DNA from: Escherichia phage EC150
Length of the DNA: 64,000 nucleotides
Sequence record: ON210137.1
Reading direction: 5' to 3' (one strand)
Below the pieces are notes generated by a model. It saw only the letters and a program-made list of their open reading frames with translations, made no database searches and was not told the DNA's origin. Positions 27,247 to 37,649 of the stretch are shown piece after piece. Position 1 is the first letter of the stretch; each line of letters starts with the position of its first letter. The position numbers were made by a program, and so were the translations under genes.

Positions 27247-27744
27247 ATGGTCAATATTAGTGGATTTGGCACAAGCATTAGAATTGTCGCTCTCCAATCT
27301 TTTCCTGTTGGGCTGAATATCAGTTCTTTGTCTGATGACCAGGATTCGCTAATTATTGAGGAAGTTGAATCAGTAGGCTATCAACTTACTTATGACGGCG
27401 GCATTTGTATTTATGACAAGGCCGCCGTCGTTCGCGTATCCATTGCGGTGATCCCAAACACTGAAGATGACATAAACCTAAAGCTTTTGCTTTCCGCTCG
27501 TAAAGGCGGATTCAAGTGGCTTCCTATACAGGATGTCACGTCAATGCTTATTACATATCCTGATGGCGGCAGAGTAGCATTTTCGAACGGGACCATAATC
27601 AGCGGTCCGCTTGGCGACTCCATTGAGCAATCCGGTCGTCGCAAGACAAACAGATATACATTCGTGTTTGCCAGCTACGGCGGCGCACAGAGCACATCGC
27701 AAATTGCAAAAGGCGTGGTGCAGAGCATATTGGGGTCAATTTAA
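27247..27744 (+). CDS. tail tube-like protein, paralog B (putative tube initiator)
   Basis: 165 aa; N-terminus MVNISGFGTSIRIVA and overall pattern parallel CDS 25829..26296. Confidence 0.5.
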   Translation: MVNISGFGTSIRIVALQSFPVGLNISSLSDDQDSLIIEEVESVGYQLTYDGGICIYDKAAVVRVSIAVIPNTEDDINLKLLLSARKGGFKWLPIQDVTSMLITYPDGGRVAFSNGTIISGPLGDSIEQSGRRKTNRYTFVFASYGGAQSTSQIAKGVVQSILGSI

Positions 27745-28277
27745 TGGCTATCGATTTATTGTCATATAGTCTTTCAAACAGAAGCTTCAAAATAAGAAGC
27801 TTCAACCTTGGGGAAGTGTCAACGCTTGGTTGGGCTATTGTTAACGTAAAAATAAGACTCCAAGCAAAGATATTCAAAAACCAAAGGGAAGACGGAAGCT
27901 ATATCGTCGATGGCAGAGTCAAAATGCCTAGAATATTGACTGTGACTGTAATAGCACAGACAAAAAGCGCGTCCGACGCAATCGCAAAGATGTTGCAGAA
28001 CAGGTCCACGATATACACAATAAATTCTCGTGGGCTAATCTTTGAACGTATGGTACTGCAAAATAACAATTTCAGCCAAGATGCTGACAATATAACCTCA
28101 CAACCCATACAACTAGTCTTCCATGAGATATTAACACAGCAGGATGTGTCTATTCAAACAGCGCAAGCAGCCGACTCAACTGTCATTGAGCGCGGCATCG
28201 CTTACATAAAAGAGACTACTGCCAGCGTCACTGGCGTTGCAACAAAGGTGATGAATGGCATCAAGGGGATGTTCTGA
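27744..28277 (+). CDS. hypothetical tail protein (177 aa)
   Basis: ORF track; start/stop overlap. Confidence 0.45.
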   Translation: MAIDLLSYSLSNRSFKIRSFNLGEVSTLGWAIVNVKIRLQAKIFKNQREDGSYIVDGRVKMPRILTVTVIAQTKSASDAIAKMLQNRSTIYTINSRGLIFERMVLQNNNFSQDADNITSQPIQLVFHEILTQQDVSIQTAQAADSTVIERGIAYIKETTASVTGVATKVMNGIKGMF

Positions 28278-28837
28278 TGGACTTTGTTTCGATTCTGCTT
28301 TCTGGTCAATCTCTGACCATAACGAATGAGTCGACAGGGCTTCCTGTCTGGACAAGGCTTTCTCCAGTGTCTGCAGAAATAACATCACCAGCAGAAACTA
28401 CTCAATTTCCACTTGCTGGAACGGCGATGCAGGTGGTGGAAGTATCAAGCACATCCTCAGTAAGCAATTTACAGGCGGCAAAAGTAATAATGCCAGCGCA
28501 CATGGCGCTAAACGTAATTTGCAACGACCAATCGACTATTGAAAACATAATTAATACATTCGACAATGATGAAGTCACATTTTCAATAGCTTCTCGAAGC
28601 ATAATTGCAAGTAAAATGTCGATGTCTGATGTCGAAATAACTCAGTCAGAAGAAAACCTGAATGGAGTCTCAATTGTAATAACATTTGAACAGACGTCAT
28701 TTAGTATTCAAGGAAGCTTTGACCCTAAACAGTCCGCAGATGAATCGTCAAATGGCGTGGCTATTAAAGAGCCAGTCAGTTTGACTACAACTGTGAGTTC
28801 GTTATATAATAAAATAAAATCAACAGTAGGAATATAA
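28277..28837 (+). CDS. hypothetical tail protein (186 aa)
   Basis: ORF track; start/stop overlap. Confidence 0.45.
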   Translation: MDFVSILLSGQSLTITNESTGLPVWTRLSPVSAEITSPAETTQFPLAGTAMQVVEVSSTSSVSNLQAAKVIMPAHMALNVICNDQSTIENIINTFDNDEVTFSIASRSIIASKMSMSDVEITQSEENLNGVSIVITFEQTSFSIQGSFDPKQSADESSNGVAIKEPVSLTTTVSSLYNKIKSTVGI

Positions 28838-28838
28838 A

Positions 28839-29255
28839 ATGAAGATCACCAATAAACAAACTGGTCGTAAAGTAGAAATTAAAATCAGCAAAATGACTGC
28901 GATGGAAGGTTGGAACATACAGCGCCGATTTATCGAATTTGCAATGTCAAAAGACCCTGCATTCCGTTCAGAATACACAATGGAAGTATTAAGCTTTGCA
29001 AAGGTTGAACTTGATGTCGGGCAAGAAATTCCGCTGAGCACTGGCGCACTTATTGACAACCATCTTGGCGACTGGGAAAACTTGAAATTGGTTTTCGAAG
29101 CGGTGTTGATGGAAAACGGAATCAACCCAGAGACTCACGCTGAACGTGAAGGATACTGGGAACAAGCTGGCGGCGAAATGGCTGCAGCATTTATTGGCGA
29201 ATCGATGCGATTAATCGCGCCATTCCTCAGCGGCGAGACTCCAAACAAGGGGTAA
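28839..29255 (+). CDS. tail assembly chaperone (putative)
   Basis: Small acidic protein immediately upstream of tape measure gene. Confidence 0.4.
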   Translation: MKITNKQTGRKVEIKISKMTAMEGWNIQRRFIEFAMSKDPAFRSEYTMEVLSFAKVELDVGQEIPLSTGALIDNHLGDWENLKLVFEAVLMENGINPETHAEREGYWEQAGGEMAAAFIGESMRLIAPFLSGETPNKG

Positions 29256-29258
29256 ACT

Positions 29259-31439
29259 GTGTCTGACTCATTAGAAAAATTTGTTCTTCAATATACGGTG
29301 GACTTGAAAGAGTCCATCAATCGTCTTGAGCAATTGCAAGATAAGGTTGATCGGTTGATCAGACAAATAAAGGCCGCTGGTAAGGACTTCACCGGAGCAT
29401 TCAAAGATGTGTTTGGTGAGCTGAAGCCTCTCACAGCTGAACTGGGGTCCATTGACGGAATCCTTGCGCGGCTTACTTATCGCTTTGCCGCGCTCGTTCC
29501 TGTTGTCGCAGGATTGGCTGTCGTAGTCAAATCCATTGTTGATGTTCGAAAAGAATACGAAGCGCAAAGGAAGCTGGGTTTTGAAGCAGGACTTTCACCA
29601 ATTGGCGTGGAGCAACTACAGCGACAATTGAATGAGAGTTCAGGCGGAGTTCTTGGTGCGCAAGGGTCAAGGGATTTGATCAGCAAGGCTTCTAATCTCG
29701 CATTCAACGCATACACCAACCCAGATGTTATGAACAAGGACAACTTGTTACTTAACAAGATGGGAACCAGTCCTTTCAACAGTAACGGCGGCATCAAAGA
29801 CACAAACCGGCTGCTTGATGAAATTGGCACAAAGCTGAGAAGTGTGAATGAGCAAACCGCTCGTGCTATTGGTGCTCTGGCAGGTTTTACCGCTGATGAA
29901 GTCCGTGCGCTTCGTGAGCGAAATCAATCAGTCAAAGAAAGCACCCGTATAAGCGACGAAGAAACCGCGAAGCTGCAAAGACAGCAGGTCGCACTTGAAA
30001 CGATACGAAACAGCATGGGCCAAATTCAAGAAGACTGGCGACGCATTGAACTGGTAATCGGCGAGAACGTGATGCCGGCATTCTCGACGCTTGTCAGCAA
30101 GACTGCCGATACAGTCGAAGGATTCCAGATGATGTTTCAAAGAATGTCTGATGGATGGTCTGAATTTGTCGACAATTTCATCGCTGACTTGAAACACCCG
30201 TTTGATAAACAGGCGGCTGTCAACGAGCGCCACGAGCGTGCCGTTGATAGATGGATCACTCAGATGGCTGACGGCGATGTGAAACGCCAGAGGAGTCAGG
30301 AGCAAAACGCGGCTGAACAACGTTCTGCGCAAGCACTTTTCACTCGCGATATAAACCTGTTTTCAAGCGCCGTTTCAACCTTTGCTGGTGTTATTGATGA
30401 GCGACAAGCGTGGGCTGCATGGGCTGGTGAGATAGGACGAAGCGCAGGCCAATCCGCAATGCCTGGCACGCCAGCACTAAGCACTGGTGCGACCGTAGGC
30501 AACAACTTGGGGTCAGGAAATCCGACTGCATATGACTCAATCTATGAGGAAGCCTCCAAGCGTTATGGAATCCCTGTTGCGATGATGAAGGCCGTCACAG
30601 AAGTCGAATCTGGATTCAACCCTAATGCCGTAAGCGGAGCAGGCGCGACCGGACTGATGCAAATAATGCCTTCCAACTTCAAGGGACTTGGTATCACAGA
30701 CGGTAATGACCCAAGACAAAACATTATGGGCGGCGCTCAACTTCTCAAGGAATATTTAACTGCTGCCAATGGCGATTGGAATCTTGCACTGACTATGTAT
30801 CACGGCGGATATGACCGCAGCGGATGGGGAAAGAACACCCGTGCATACCCTGGCAAGGTGATGGCCGCTCTCGAACGACAGGCGAATGGAGAATACGCCA
30901 CGGGAGCGCCGCAAGGTGCACCAGTTACTCCAGTGCTTAGCGGTAGCGGAGTAGAAGCGTCAAAAGGCAGCTACGCTCCAGTACAGGGCCAATCCCGCCA
31001 AACGGTGCAATACAGACAGTTGCAAGAAGCCATTGCAGGATACCTAAACGTGCCAGTTGAGCAGCTGATGCAAGGACAAGTCAACAAAGGTGATATTGAC
31101 TTTGCTCAAACTTACCTTAAACTTGGAACGCAAAGGGATTATATTAAAAACATGCAGCTGGCTTCAACTCCAGGTGTAAGGCCGAACATTCAGGCCGAAG
31201 CCATGAAGAATGCTCGTCTCGCGGCATTCCAGCTTGAAGCATTCCAGAAATACGGCGGCGACCTTTCCGCGAATAGTCGACCTGGTGGGCGTGATATTAC
31301 TATGGGTCAGAAAAACGTTGTCATCAACGTCAACGGCGCTCAAGACCCAAGAAGCACGGCGATTGAGACTAAGCGTGTGCTTGAACAAGATGATATAAAC
31401 GACATAAACAACCTTACTGCTACACCTTTGAAGTGGTGA
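29259..31439 (+). CDS. tail tape measure protein with C-terminal lytic transglycosylase (SLT) domain
   Basis: Coiled-coil N-terminal part with hydrophobic segment; SLT motifs TEVESGFNPNAVS and GLMQIMP; GTG start with AAGGGG Shine-Dalgarno. Confidence 0.7.
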   Translation: MSDSLEKFVLQYTVDLKESINRLEQLQDKVDRLIRQIKAAGKDFTGAFKDVFGELKPLTAELGSIDGILARLTYRFAALVPVVAGLAVVVKSIVDVRKEYEAQRKLGFEAGLSPIGVEQLQRQLNESSGGVLGAQGSRDLISKASNLAFNAYTNPDVMNKDNLLLNKMGTSPFNSNGGIKDTNRLLDEIGTKLRSVNEQTARAIGALAGFTADEVRALRERNQSVKESTRISDEETAKLQRQQVALETIRNSMGQIQEDWRRIELVIGENVMPAFSTLVSKTADTVEGFQMMFQRMSDGWSEFVDNFIADLKHPFDKQAAVNERHERAVDRWITQMADGDVKRQRSQEQNAAEQRSAQALFTRDINLFSSAVSTFAGVIDERQAWAAWAGEIGRSAGQSAMPGTPALSTGATVGNNLGSGNPTAYDSIYEEASKRYGIPVAMMKAVTEVESGFNPNAVSGAGATGLMQIMPSNFKGLGITDGNDPRQNIMGGAQLLKEYLTAANGDWNLALTMYHGGYDRSGWGKNTRAYPGKVMAALERQANGEYATGAPQGAPVTPVLSGSGVEASKGSYAPVQGQSRQTVQYRQLQEAIAGYLNVPVEQLMQGQVNKGDIDFAQTYLKLGTQRDYIKNMQLASTPGVRPNIQAEAMKNARLAAFQLEAFQKYGGDLSANSRPGGRDITMGQKNVVINVNGAQDPRSTAIETKRVLEQDDINDINNLTATPLKW

Positions 31440-31443
31440 TAAT

Positions 31444-32316
31444 TTGAAAAAGAGAATCCTTAAGGTCACCTTATCTATGCCGGATGGCACAAGCCAAGTT
31501 CTTGATGAAGGATTGATGCTCAGATGCCGAATCAAAAAGGCAGCACTTTCCGTTCAGAATAAGGCCACGATTGAAGTCGCAGGATTAACAGGGTACTTGA
31601 GAGAGTACCTGCTTTCCAACTTCACGGCATTCAACAAACGTCTGCGTGATCAAGGTCAGTTGGCGGCGAACTACGTTAATGTGACTATTGAAGCTGGATA
31701 CAGAGAAGGGAGCGTAATCAGCAGCAACTTGGTATACAAGGGACAGGTGACTACGGTGGAGATAACAGCGCCGCCGCCGAATATCGTCATCAGAATCACG
31801 TGTTATACAAACCAAATAAACAGAACGAAGTTCATAACTCAAGCCGCGCCATCCAACCCGACTTTCAAAGAGTTTGTGGAATGGTCTGCAAAGCAAATGG
31901 ACATTGATACTGTTATTTGCGACACGTCGATTAACAATCAGCGCCTTGTAAACCCAGGAAGAACGACATATGTTGCTGCTGCGCTGCTGCTTGAGATCCA
32001 GAACTATCAACGCAACTCCATCGCGGCATACATTGATGACGATACGTTAATTGTTAAGGATAAAGACAAAATTCTAAATCCAGACCAGATTACGGTCATT
32101 GAGGAATTTGTCGGAATACCGATGTGGAACGAGTGGGGTGCAGACTTCACTTGTATGTATAACGCAGATTTGAAGCTTGCACAAGGTGTTAAATTCAAAT
32201 CAGTCTTAAACCCAAGCTTGAACGACACCACATTTGTCATCATGCAACTTGAATATGATTTAGCGAGTCGTGATGACATATTTACGGTGACGGGCGGCGT
32301 TGCACCATCGGCATAA
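31444..32316 (+). CDS. baseplate protein (putative)
   Basis: ORF track (TTG start; in-frame ATG 31477 is an alternative); position after tape measure. Confidence 0.4.
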   Translation: MKKRILKVTLSMPDGTSQVLDEGLMLRCRIKKAALSVQNKATIEVAGLTGYLREYLLSNFTAFNKRLRDQGQLAANYVNVTIEAGYREGSVISSNLVYKGQVTTVEITAPPPNIVIRITCYTNQINRTKFITQAAPSNPTFKEFVEWSAKQMDIDTVICDTSINNQRLVNPGRTTYVAAALLLEIQNYQRNSIAAYIDDDTLIVKDKDKILNPDQITVIEEFVGIPMWNEWGADFTCMYNADLKLAQGVKFKSVLNPSLNDTTFVIMQLEYDLASRDDIFTVTGGVAPSA

Positions 32317-32318
32317 AT

Positions 32319-32840
32319 ATGAGAAAGAATAAAATAATCGACTTGTTTGGCGTAACTTATGAAATTCATCAATTCAGCGCAATAGATGCATTTGAAATGG
32401 TCGATGACATAAGTATATTAACCCCACTTGAATTATTGAGTGAATGTTATGTAATAAAATACGACGGGTCCAAAGTAAGGCTTAATTCTGAAAAAGTAAT
32501 TAGTGAAGAAGTGAAAAGTATTCCTAATCACTTGCCGCCTAATCTTGTGTTGAAAGTGTTAATGGAAGCCGTTAAAAAGCACAACTTTGGATTCCTTAGC
32601 GATTGGAAAAGCACCAAAATTCCAAATAGATTCTTGGCGGATGCACCGACAGTAGAGCCTAATTATCTTGAGCCAATGGTTGCAAGTCTAATAAATAACG
32701 GCCTTGCATCTTTAAAGGAGTTGGAAGAATACTATTCACTGCGTGATGCATTTGCTATGTTTGATGGTTTAATAGCAAAATCACTTAATGAAGCCTACTC
32801 AAACGAAGCTGCCATTAAAGAATCAAAGTCAAATCGCTAA
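32319..32840 (+). CDS. hypothetical baseplate-region protein (173 aa)
   Basis: ORF track. Confidence 0.45.
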   Translation: MRKNKIIDLFGVTYEIHQFSAIDAFEMVDDISILTPLELLSECYVIKYDGSKVRLNSEKVISEEVKSIPNHLPPNLVLKVLMEAVKKHNFGFLSDWKSTKIPNRFLADAPTVEPNYLEPMVASLINNGLASLKELEEYYSLRDAFAMFDGLIAKSLNEAYSNEAAIKESKSNR

Positions 32841-32898
32841 AATATTGCTTATAGACTCCTTATAGATTATAATTTGTTGATCAGATATAAGGAGTCTA

Positions 32899-33626
32899 TG
32901 ATGGCAGAAAAGTTAACCCAACTTACAAGCCCCAACCAAACTGACAAATCAAGTATGTTTGCCGCGCTTCAGGGAATGCTGGACCGTGGCAAGTATACCA
33001 CTGATGGCATGATTCCTGCGCAAGTAATATCTTATGACCGCAAGAAAAATTTAGCAGTCATAAAACCTGTTATTCATTTCGTAAGTCTTGATGATAAGCC
33101 AGTGGAGCGTCAACCTTTGGTGTCAATTCCGGTACTGGCAATCGGCGGCGGCGGATTCGTGATCAACTTCCCTTTGAAGGAAGGCGACTTGGGCTGGATA
33201 TTCGCTGGCGACCGCGAGTTGTCGACATTCCTTGAAGAATTGAAGCCGGCCGCGCCTACCAATGGCCGTGTAAAAACTTTCGCTGATGGACTGTTCATAC
33301 CGGATGTATTCCGAAAATACACCATAAGCGGAGAGGATGCAGGGTCAATGGTAATTCAATCCCTCAGCGGCGCTGTGAGAATTGCACTAAGCGATGACTC
33401 AATAAACATAATTGCGTCTGCTGGAGTAAACGTCAAGACCCCGATAACCACTATCGATCAACAATTGATAGTAAATGGAAAGGCAACATTCAATGGTGGG
33501 ATAGAAGGCAAAGAAGGAACGACGGCAACGCTTCCGACTGGCACAACGGTCGGTGGCATTGATGTATCCACTCACGGGCATATCGGTAACGGGCCTGGAA
33601 ACAGAACTGGGAATATGATAGAATGA
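32899..33626 (+). CDS. baseplate spike/hub protein (gpV-like, putative)
   Basis: AAGGAG Shine-Dalgarno before ATG 32899; position before baseplate J-like gene; Gly-rich beta-type sequence. Confidence 0.4.
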
Positions 33627-34894
33627 GTGCACAATATTCTTACATAGTAAGCACTGGTGTGATCACCATTGACACGGCAGATTTATTGGCTGATATTCAA
33701 GGTGAATGGATTGAGTCTTTAGGGGTCGGGCTTGATGTTGATGCTTCGACGCCGCAAGGCACGCTAATCGCAACAGAGACGTTGGCAAGAACTTCAGTGA
33801 TGAAGAATAATGCCGAATTGGGAAGTCTCATCAACCCTAACTACTCATATGGAGTATACCTTGATGCAATAGCGGCGCTTCTTGGCATCGAGCGCACAAA
33901 GAATGTAAGCACAATGTTGAAAGGTGTGACTGCAGAGGGAACGCCGCTGCTGGAAATTCCTGCTGGAAGTCTTCTTACTGATTCAAATGGTACATACTGG
34001 TATGTGCTGGAAGACGTTCAAATCACTTCGACTGGCAAGACAAGCAATATGACTCTTGCTTCAAAAGAGTATGGCTCATTCACTGTTGCGCCTGATGAAG
34101 AGTTTACAGTTGTGCAAGGTTATGACGTCATCGGATGGTCAAGAACTTATTCAACATCATCAACGACGACCGTGCCAGGCACGCAATACATGGGCGACGG
34201 AGCATTAAAGGCCGCTCGCGTTAAGCGTCTTTACCAGCAGGGAATCGCATCGCTTGGTGCCATTCGCGCTCGCGCCATGTCGGTCGACGGTGTAGAATCT
34301 GTGATGGTCGTGGAGAATGACACGGGAGTCCCTGGAACGGTGCGCGGCATTACGTTCTCAACGCCTAACGGTGTTTGGGTATGTGCAAGCGGAACATTTG
34401 ACAAGCAGGTGTTTGCGGAGACGATATTCAAGGCGAAGATGGGCGGTCAACCTTGGGACTTTGGTGCTACTAATCAAGGGAATCCGGTAAACTCGCCTGA
34501 TGGAATCGAAGTGGTCGATGCAGAATCACAGTTGTCTTATTTCGTCAAATTTAACACTGCAGTGATATATGATTTGTATGTTGACATAACCGTTTCAAGA
34601 GGAACGGCGACCGCTGATGCAGAGTCCATTATTGCCGCTGTACTAAATTACGGAAATGGCAATTTTAACGGTGAGCAGGGATATACAGTAGGCCAATCTC
34701 AATCTTCTTTTGAAATTGCTTCGGCAGTATCCTGCGAATATCCAGGACTTTATATCAAAGATTGCAAAATTGCAGCAGTTAAAAGCGGACAGGCAGCGCC
34801 AACTTATCCTTCCGATTATGGCAGCGAGTGGATTGCCAATCCTTGGGACAAGGCCAATACTATGCGCGGCTTCATCAACGTTAAATTTGTGTGA
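33623..34894 (+). CDS. baseplate J-like protein (putative)
   Basis: 423 aa; position between spike-like protein and fibre genes; start overlaps upstream stop. Confidence 0.5.
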   Translation: MSAQYSYIVSTGVITIDTADLLADIQGEWIESLGVGLDVDASTPQGTLIATETLARTSVMKNNAELGSLINPNYSYGVYLDAIAALLGIERTKNVSTMLKGVTAEGTPLLEIPAGSLLTDSNGTYWYVLEDVQITSTGKTSNMTLASKEYGSFTVAPDEEFTVVQGYDVIGWSRTYSTSSTTTVPGTQYMGDGALKAARVKRLYQQGIASLGAIRARAMSVDGVESVMVVENDTGVPGTVRGITFSTPNGVWVCASGTFDKQVFAETIFKAKMGGQPWDFGATNQGNPVNSPDGIEVVDAESQLSYFVKFNTAVIYDLYVDITVSRGTATADAESIIAAVLNYGNGNFNGEQGYTVGQSQSSFEIASAVSCEYPGLYIKDCKIAAVKSGQAAPTYPSDYGSEWIANPWDKANTMRGFINVKFV

Positions 34895-34900
34895 GGAACT

Positions 34901-37639
34901 ATGCAAAAGTTTGACACAAACCTGTTGCAAAACCTTAAGTGGATGCAGAACAACGCGCCAAACATCACATCTTTGGTTCAGAAGAAGAGTGATTGGTATG
35001 AGCGATATCAAGATCAGTTTTGGATTGACTGGTACAAAAACATATTCAACATTGATACTTGTGATGCAATGGGCATCTATATTTGGTGCGACATCCTATG
35101 CATACCAAGAGACTTTGTTGACTTAAGTAACTATGAGCACAACTGGGCATTCGGGCCAACACGCGACAACTTTGAAGGGCCGGACAATATCGGCGGCAAC
35201 TTCTTTGGTGCTGGCGGAAAGGTTGTGAAAAACATTGAAGAAGCGCGCATCCTTCTGAAGCTTCGTTATCTGACGCTTACAAGTGATGGCCGCATCGAAA
35301 GCATCAACCGTATGCTTAAGTGGATTTTTAACCGTGGGGAAGCTTGGGATTACTCTTCATCCCGATACGCATATGTGACAGACAATACTCAAGGCGCGGT
35401 GTCTTCTTCTGAATCAACAAACGGTTCATTCCTTCTGTATGACTGGCAGGGGTCGACTGAGATTCAGCACGATTATAAACAAATTCTTTTGAGTCACGGC
35501 AACAACGCAGGACTTACCATAAGTGGGGTGGCAGGGACTGTTTCGCGAATGGCACACCCAGACTGGTATTCATGGGGTAATGGGTCCGGCGCTGGTATTG
35601 TCGGCGGTGATACACGCCAATATGGCGGCCCTGACTATTACGGCCAACTGTGCGGTGATTACCCAGGAGAGGCCATAGAGAATTTCGCCAACGCAGTACG
35701 GGTCATCAAGACTGCTTCCAGCGGCGAGCCTGTGTATTCTTTGGCCAGTAATCCAAGTGCCCAATCTATTGCGCTTCCTTCTCAGGCTGGTGTCAACGTT
35801 TGCTATAGCTTCTACATAAAAGTGCTTTCTGAAAACGTGGCTTCTGTTTCCGTAACAGAGAACAGTGATGCATCGAGTAATGGAAAACTTTTCGACCCAG
35901 TGACTGGGCAGTTCAACCTTGACTCTTCTTTGAGTTATTTCATCACAGGCAAGTTCGACGGTGTGAGAAGGGAATCAAACCGTGGTGGCATCAAGGCAAT
36001 CGGCGGCGATTGGTACAGAATCTGGATTGTAGAACAAACTGCGAACGCGACAGCTGGGGTAAACACAAGCTTTTCAATTGAGTTGAAAGCAACTGCCGCT
36101 GGATCAACCCAGACTCGCGAATTGCCTGAAGGGTCTGATGCACTTCTTTTTGGATACTCCATTTGCGTTTGCGACCCTGTTCAGAATCCTAATGGGCCTG
36201 AGCCTTATTTCTATGGGACTCAAAATCCGCCTGCAGATGGAACAGCAATTTTGTCTGTCACGGCAGGAACGCTCAACAGCATTTCTTGCGCAAACGGTCC
36301 GTTGACGACAAGAAATGGCGTGGTGGGCGAGTCATTTATGCAGCCTGGGTCATCACTTGCGTACTCTGGTTCAATCGGCGGCTACCCGTACCCAGGAAAC
36401 GCCACTCTAATCGCAGAAACAGACGGAATCAGACGCTCATGGAACGTTAGCCGATTGGACGGAGTACCGCCGCCGCCGACCGCTGACTATTACATGGAAT
36501 ACGTCATCGGGCCTTATTTCGCCAACAACTTGTCTGATAACTTTAAGACGCTAGTTGGTGACAGGAATGAAGGATTCTTGCCAGCAAATGCCGGAATACG
36601 TTGGCAGCTTTACCAAGAAGTCGCAGACTTATCTGATATTGATTTGACTGTCAGCAACATAACAGACACGCGAGTAGGATTCGAAACGGAAGGTGTCGCA
36701 TGGATTAACACTGACGGCATCATCAGAGTTGGCGGCATTAACGAGTGGCCGTTGAACAACTTCAAAGGTGTTATACGACAGCTTGAGTCTTTGAAAGGTG
36801 TGAACCAAGTTATCGACGGCGCACTTGTCAACGACTATTCAATCTCAAAAGCATCAAGAGATGACTTTGGTCGTGAAATCCCACGTGCCGCGATCACAAA
36901 CTACTGGCGATACACACAGCCCAATGACGGCACATCTTTTGGCAACATCGTCAAGGACGGAGACAACACGGTAACGGCAACGCCAATAAGCGGTGTGCCC
37001 AACCAGTTTCCATCATTCAAGCTTTCCGCTACAATAGGGACTGTGCCAGCGTCCGGCTATGCACGCGCTGTACTTGCTACTAAATACACTGGCAGCCTGA
37101 CTGGTCCTTTGTCATTTATCGCAATAGTTAAAAACAACACGGTAAACGGTCAAAAACTTTTCGTAACCGTACCGGATGGTATGGGCGGCTATATCCCTAA
37201 ATTCTACAGCATAGGCGCAGGTGATTTGCAACGTATCGAAATTGACCTTGCCGCTGAGATTGTTGCAGGAACGACTTGGGATGGTTCGACGGGTGGAGTC
37301 AGTATTGGTTTGATATCAGGGAAAGACTTGCCGACCGAAGTTGGTACGACTCTTGAACTTGATATTTTAAGCTTGATGCTTGTTTCTGGTAATACGATGA
37401 ATGCGCTTGCGATTTCAACAAGCGAAGATTTTGCAAAGAAAACTGCAACTTCTATATACATCAAAAACCCAGGGTCACTGGCGACTGGAGTGCAATTGAT
37501 AGCTTCGAATGGGGATGTTGTAGCGACAGTAAACTTTCCAAGAAGTGCTGCTGGCGGTTATGTTTCAAGCATGAATATAACTGACTTAACTGGTGATTGG
37601 GCATCAACCCTTTTATCAAAAATTAAATACATCGTGTAG
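34901..37639 (+). CDS. large baseplate wedge / tail fibre-associated protein (912 aa)
   Basis: GTGAGGAA Shine-Dalgarno; large Gly/Ser/Thr-rich protein preceding tail fibre. Confidence 0.5.
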   Translation: MQKFDTNLLQNLKWMQNNAPNITSLVQKKSDWYERYQDQFWIDWYKNIFNIDTCDAMGIYIWCDILCIPRDFVDLSNYEHNWAFGPTRDNFEGPDNIGGNFFGAGGKVVKNIEEARILLKLRYLTLTSDGRIESINRMLKWIFNRGEAWDYSSSRYAYVTDNTQGAVSSSESTNGSFLLYDWQGSTEIQHDYKQILLSHGNNAGLTISGVAGTVSRMAHPDWYSWGNGSGAGIVGGDTRQYGGPDYYGQLCGDYPGEAIENFANAVRVIKTASSGEPVYSLASNPSAQSIALPSQAGVNVCYSFYIKVLSENVASVSVTENSDASSNGKLFDPVTGQFNLDSSLSYFITGKFDGVRRESNRGGIKAIGGDWYRIWIVEQTANATAGVNTSFSIELKATAAGSTQTRELPEGSDALLFGYSICVCDPVQNPNGPEPYFYGTQNPPADGTAILSVTAGTLNSISCANGPLTTRNGVVGESFMQPGSSLAYSGSIGGYPYPGNATLIAETDGIRRSWNVSRLDGVPPPPTADYYMEYVIGPYFANNLSDNFKTLVGDRNEGFLPANAGIRWQLYQEVADLSDIDLTVSNITDTRVGFETEGVAWINTDGIIRVGGINEWPLNNFKGVIRQLESLKGVNQVIDGALVNDYSISKASRDDFGREIPRAAITNYWRYTQPNDGTSFGNIVKDGDNTVTATPISGVPNQFPSFKLSATIGTVPASGYARAVLATKYTGSLTGPLSFIAIVKNNTVNGQKLFVTVPDGMGGYIPKFYSIGAGDLQRIEIDLAAEIVAGTTWDGSTGGVSIGLISGKDLPTEVGTTLELDILSLMLVSGNTMNALAISTSEDFAKKTATSIYIKNPGSLATGVQLIASNGDVVATVNFPRSAAGGYVSSMNITDLTGDWASTLLSKIKYIV

Positions 37640-37649
37640 AGGAACGGCA

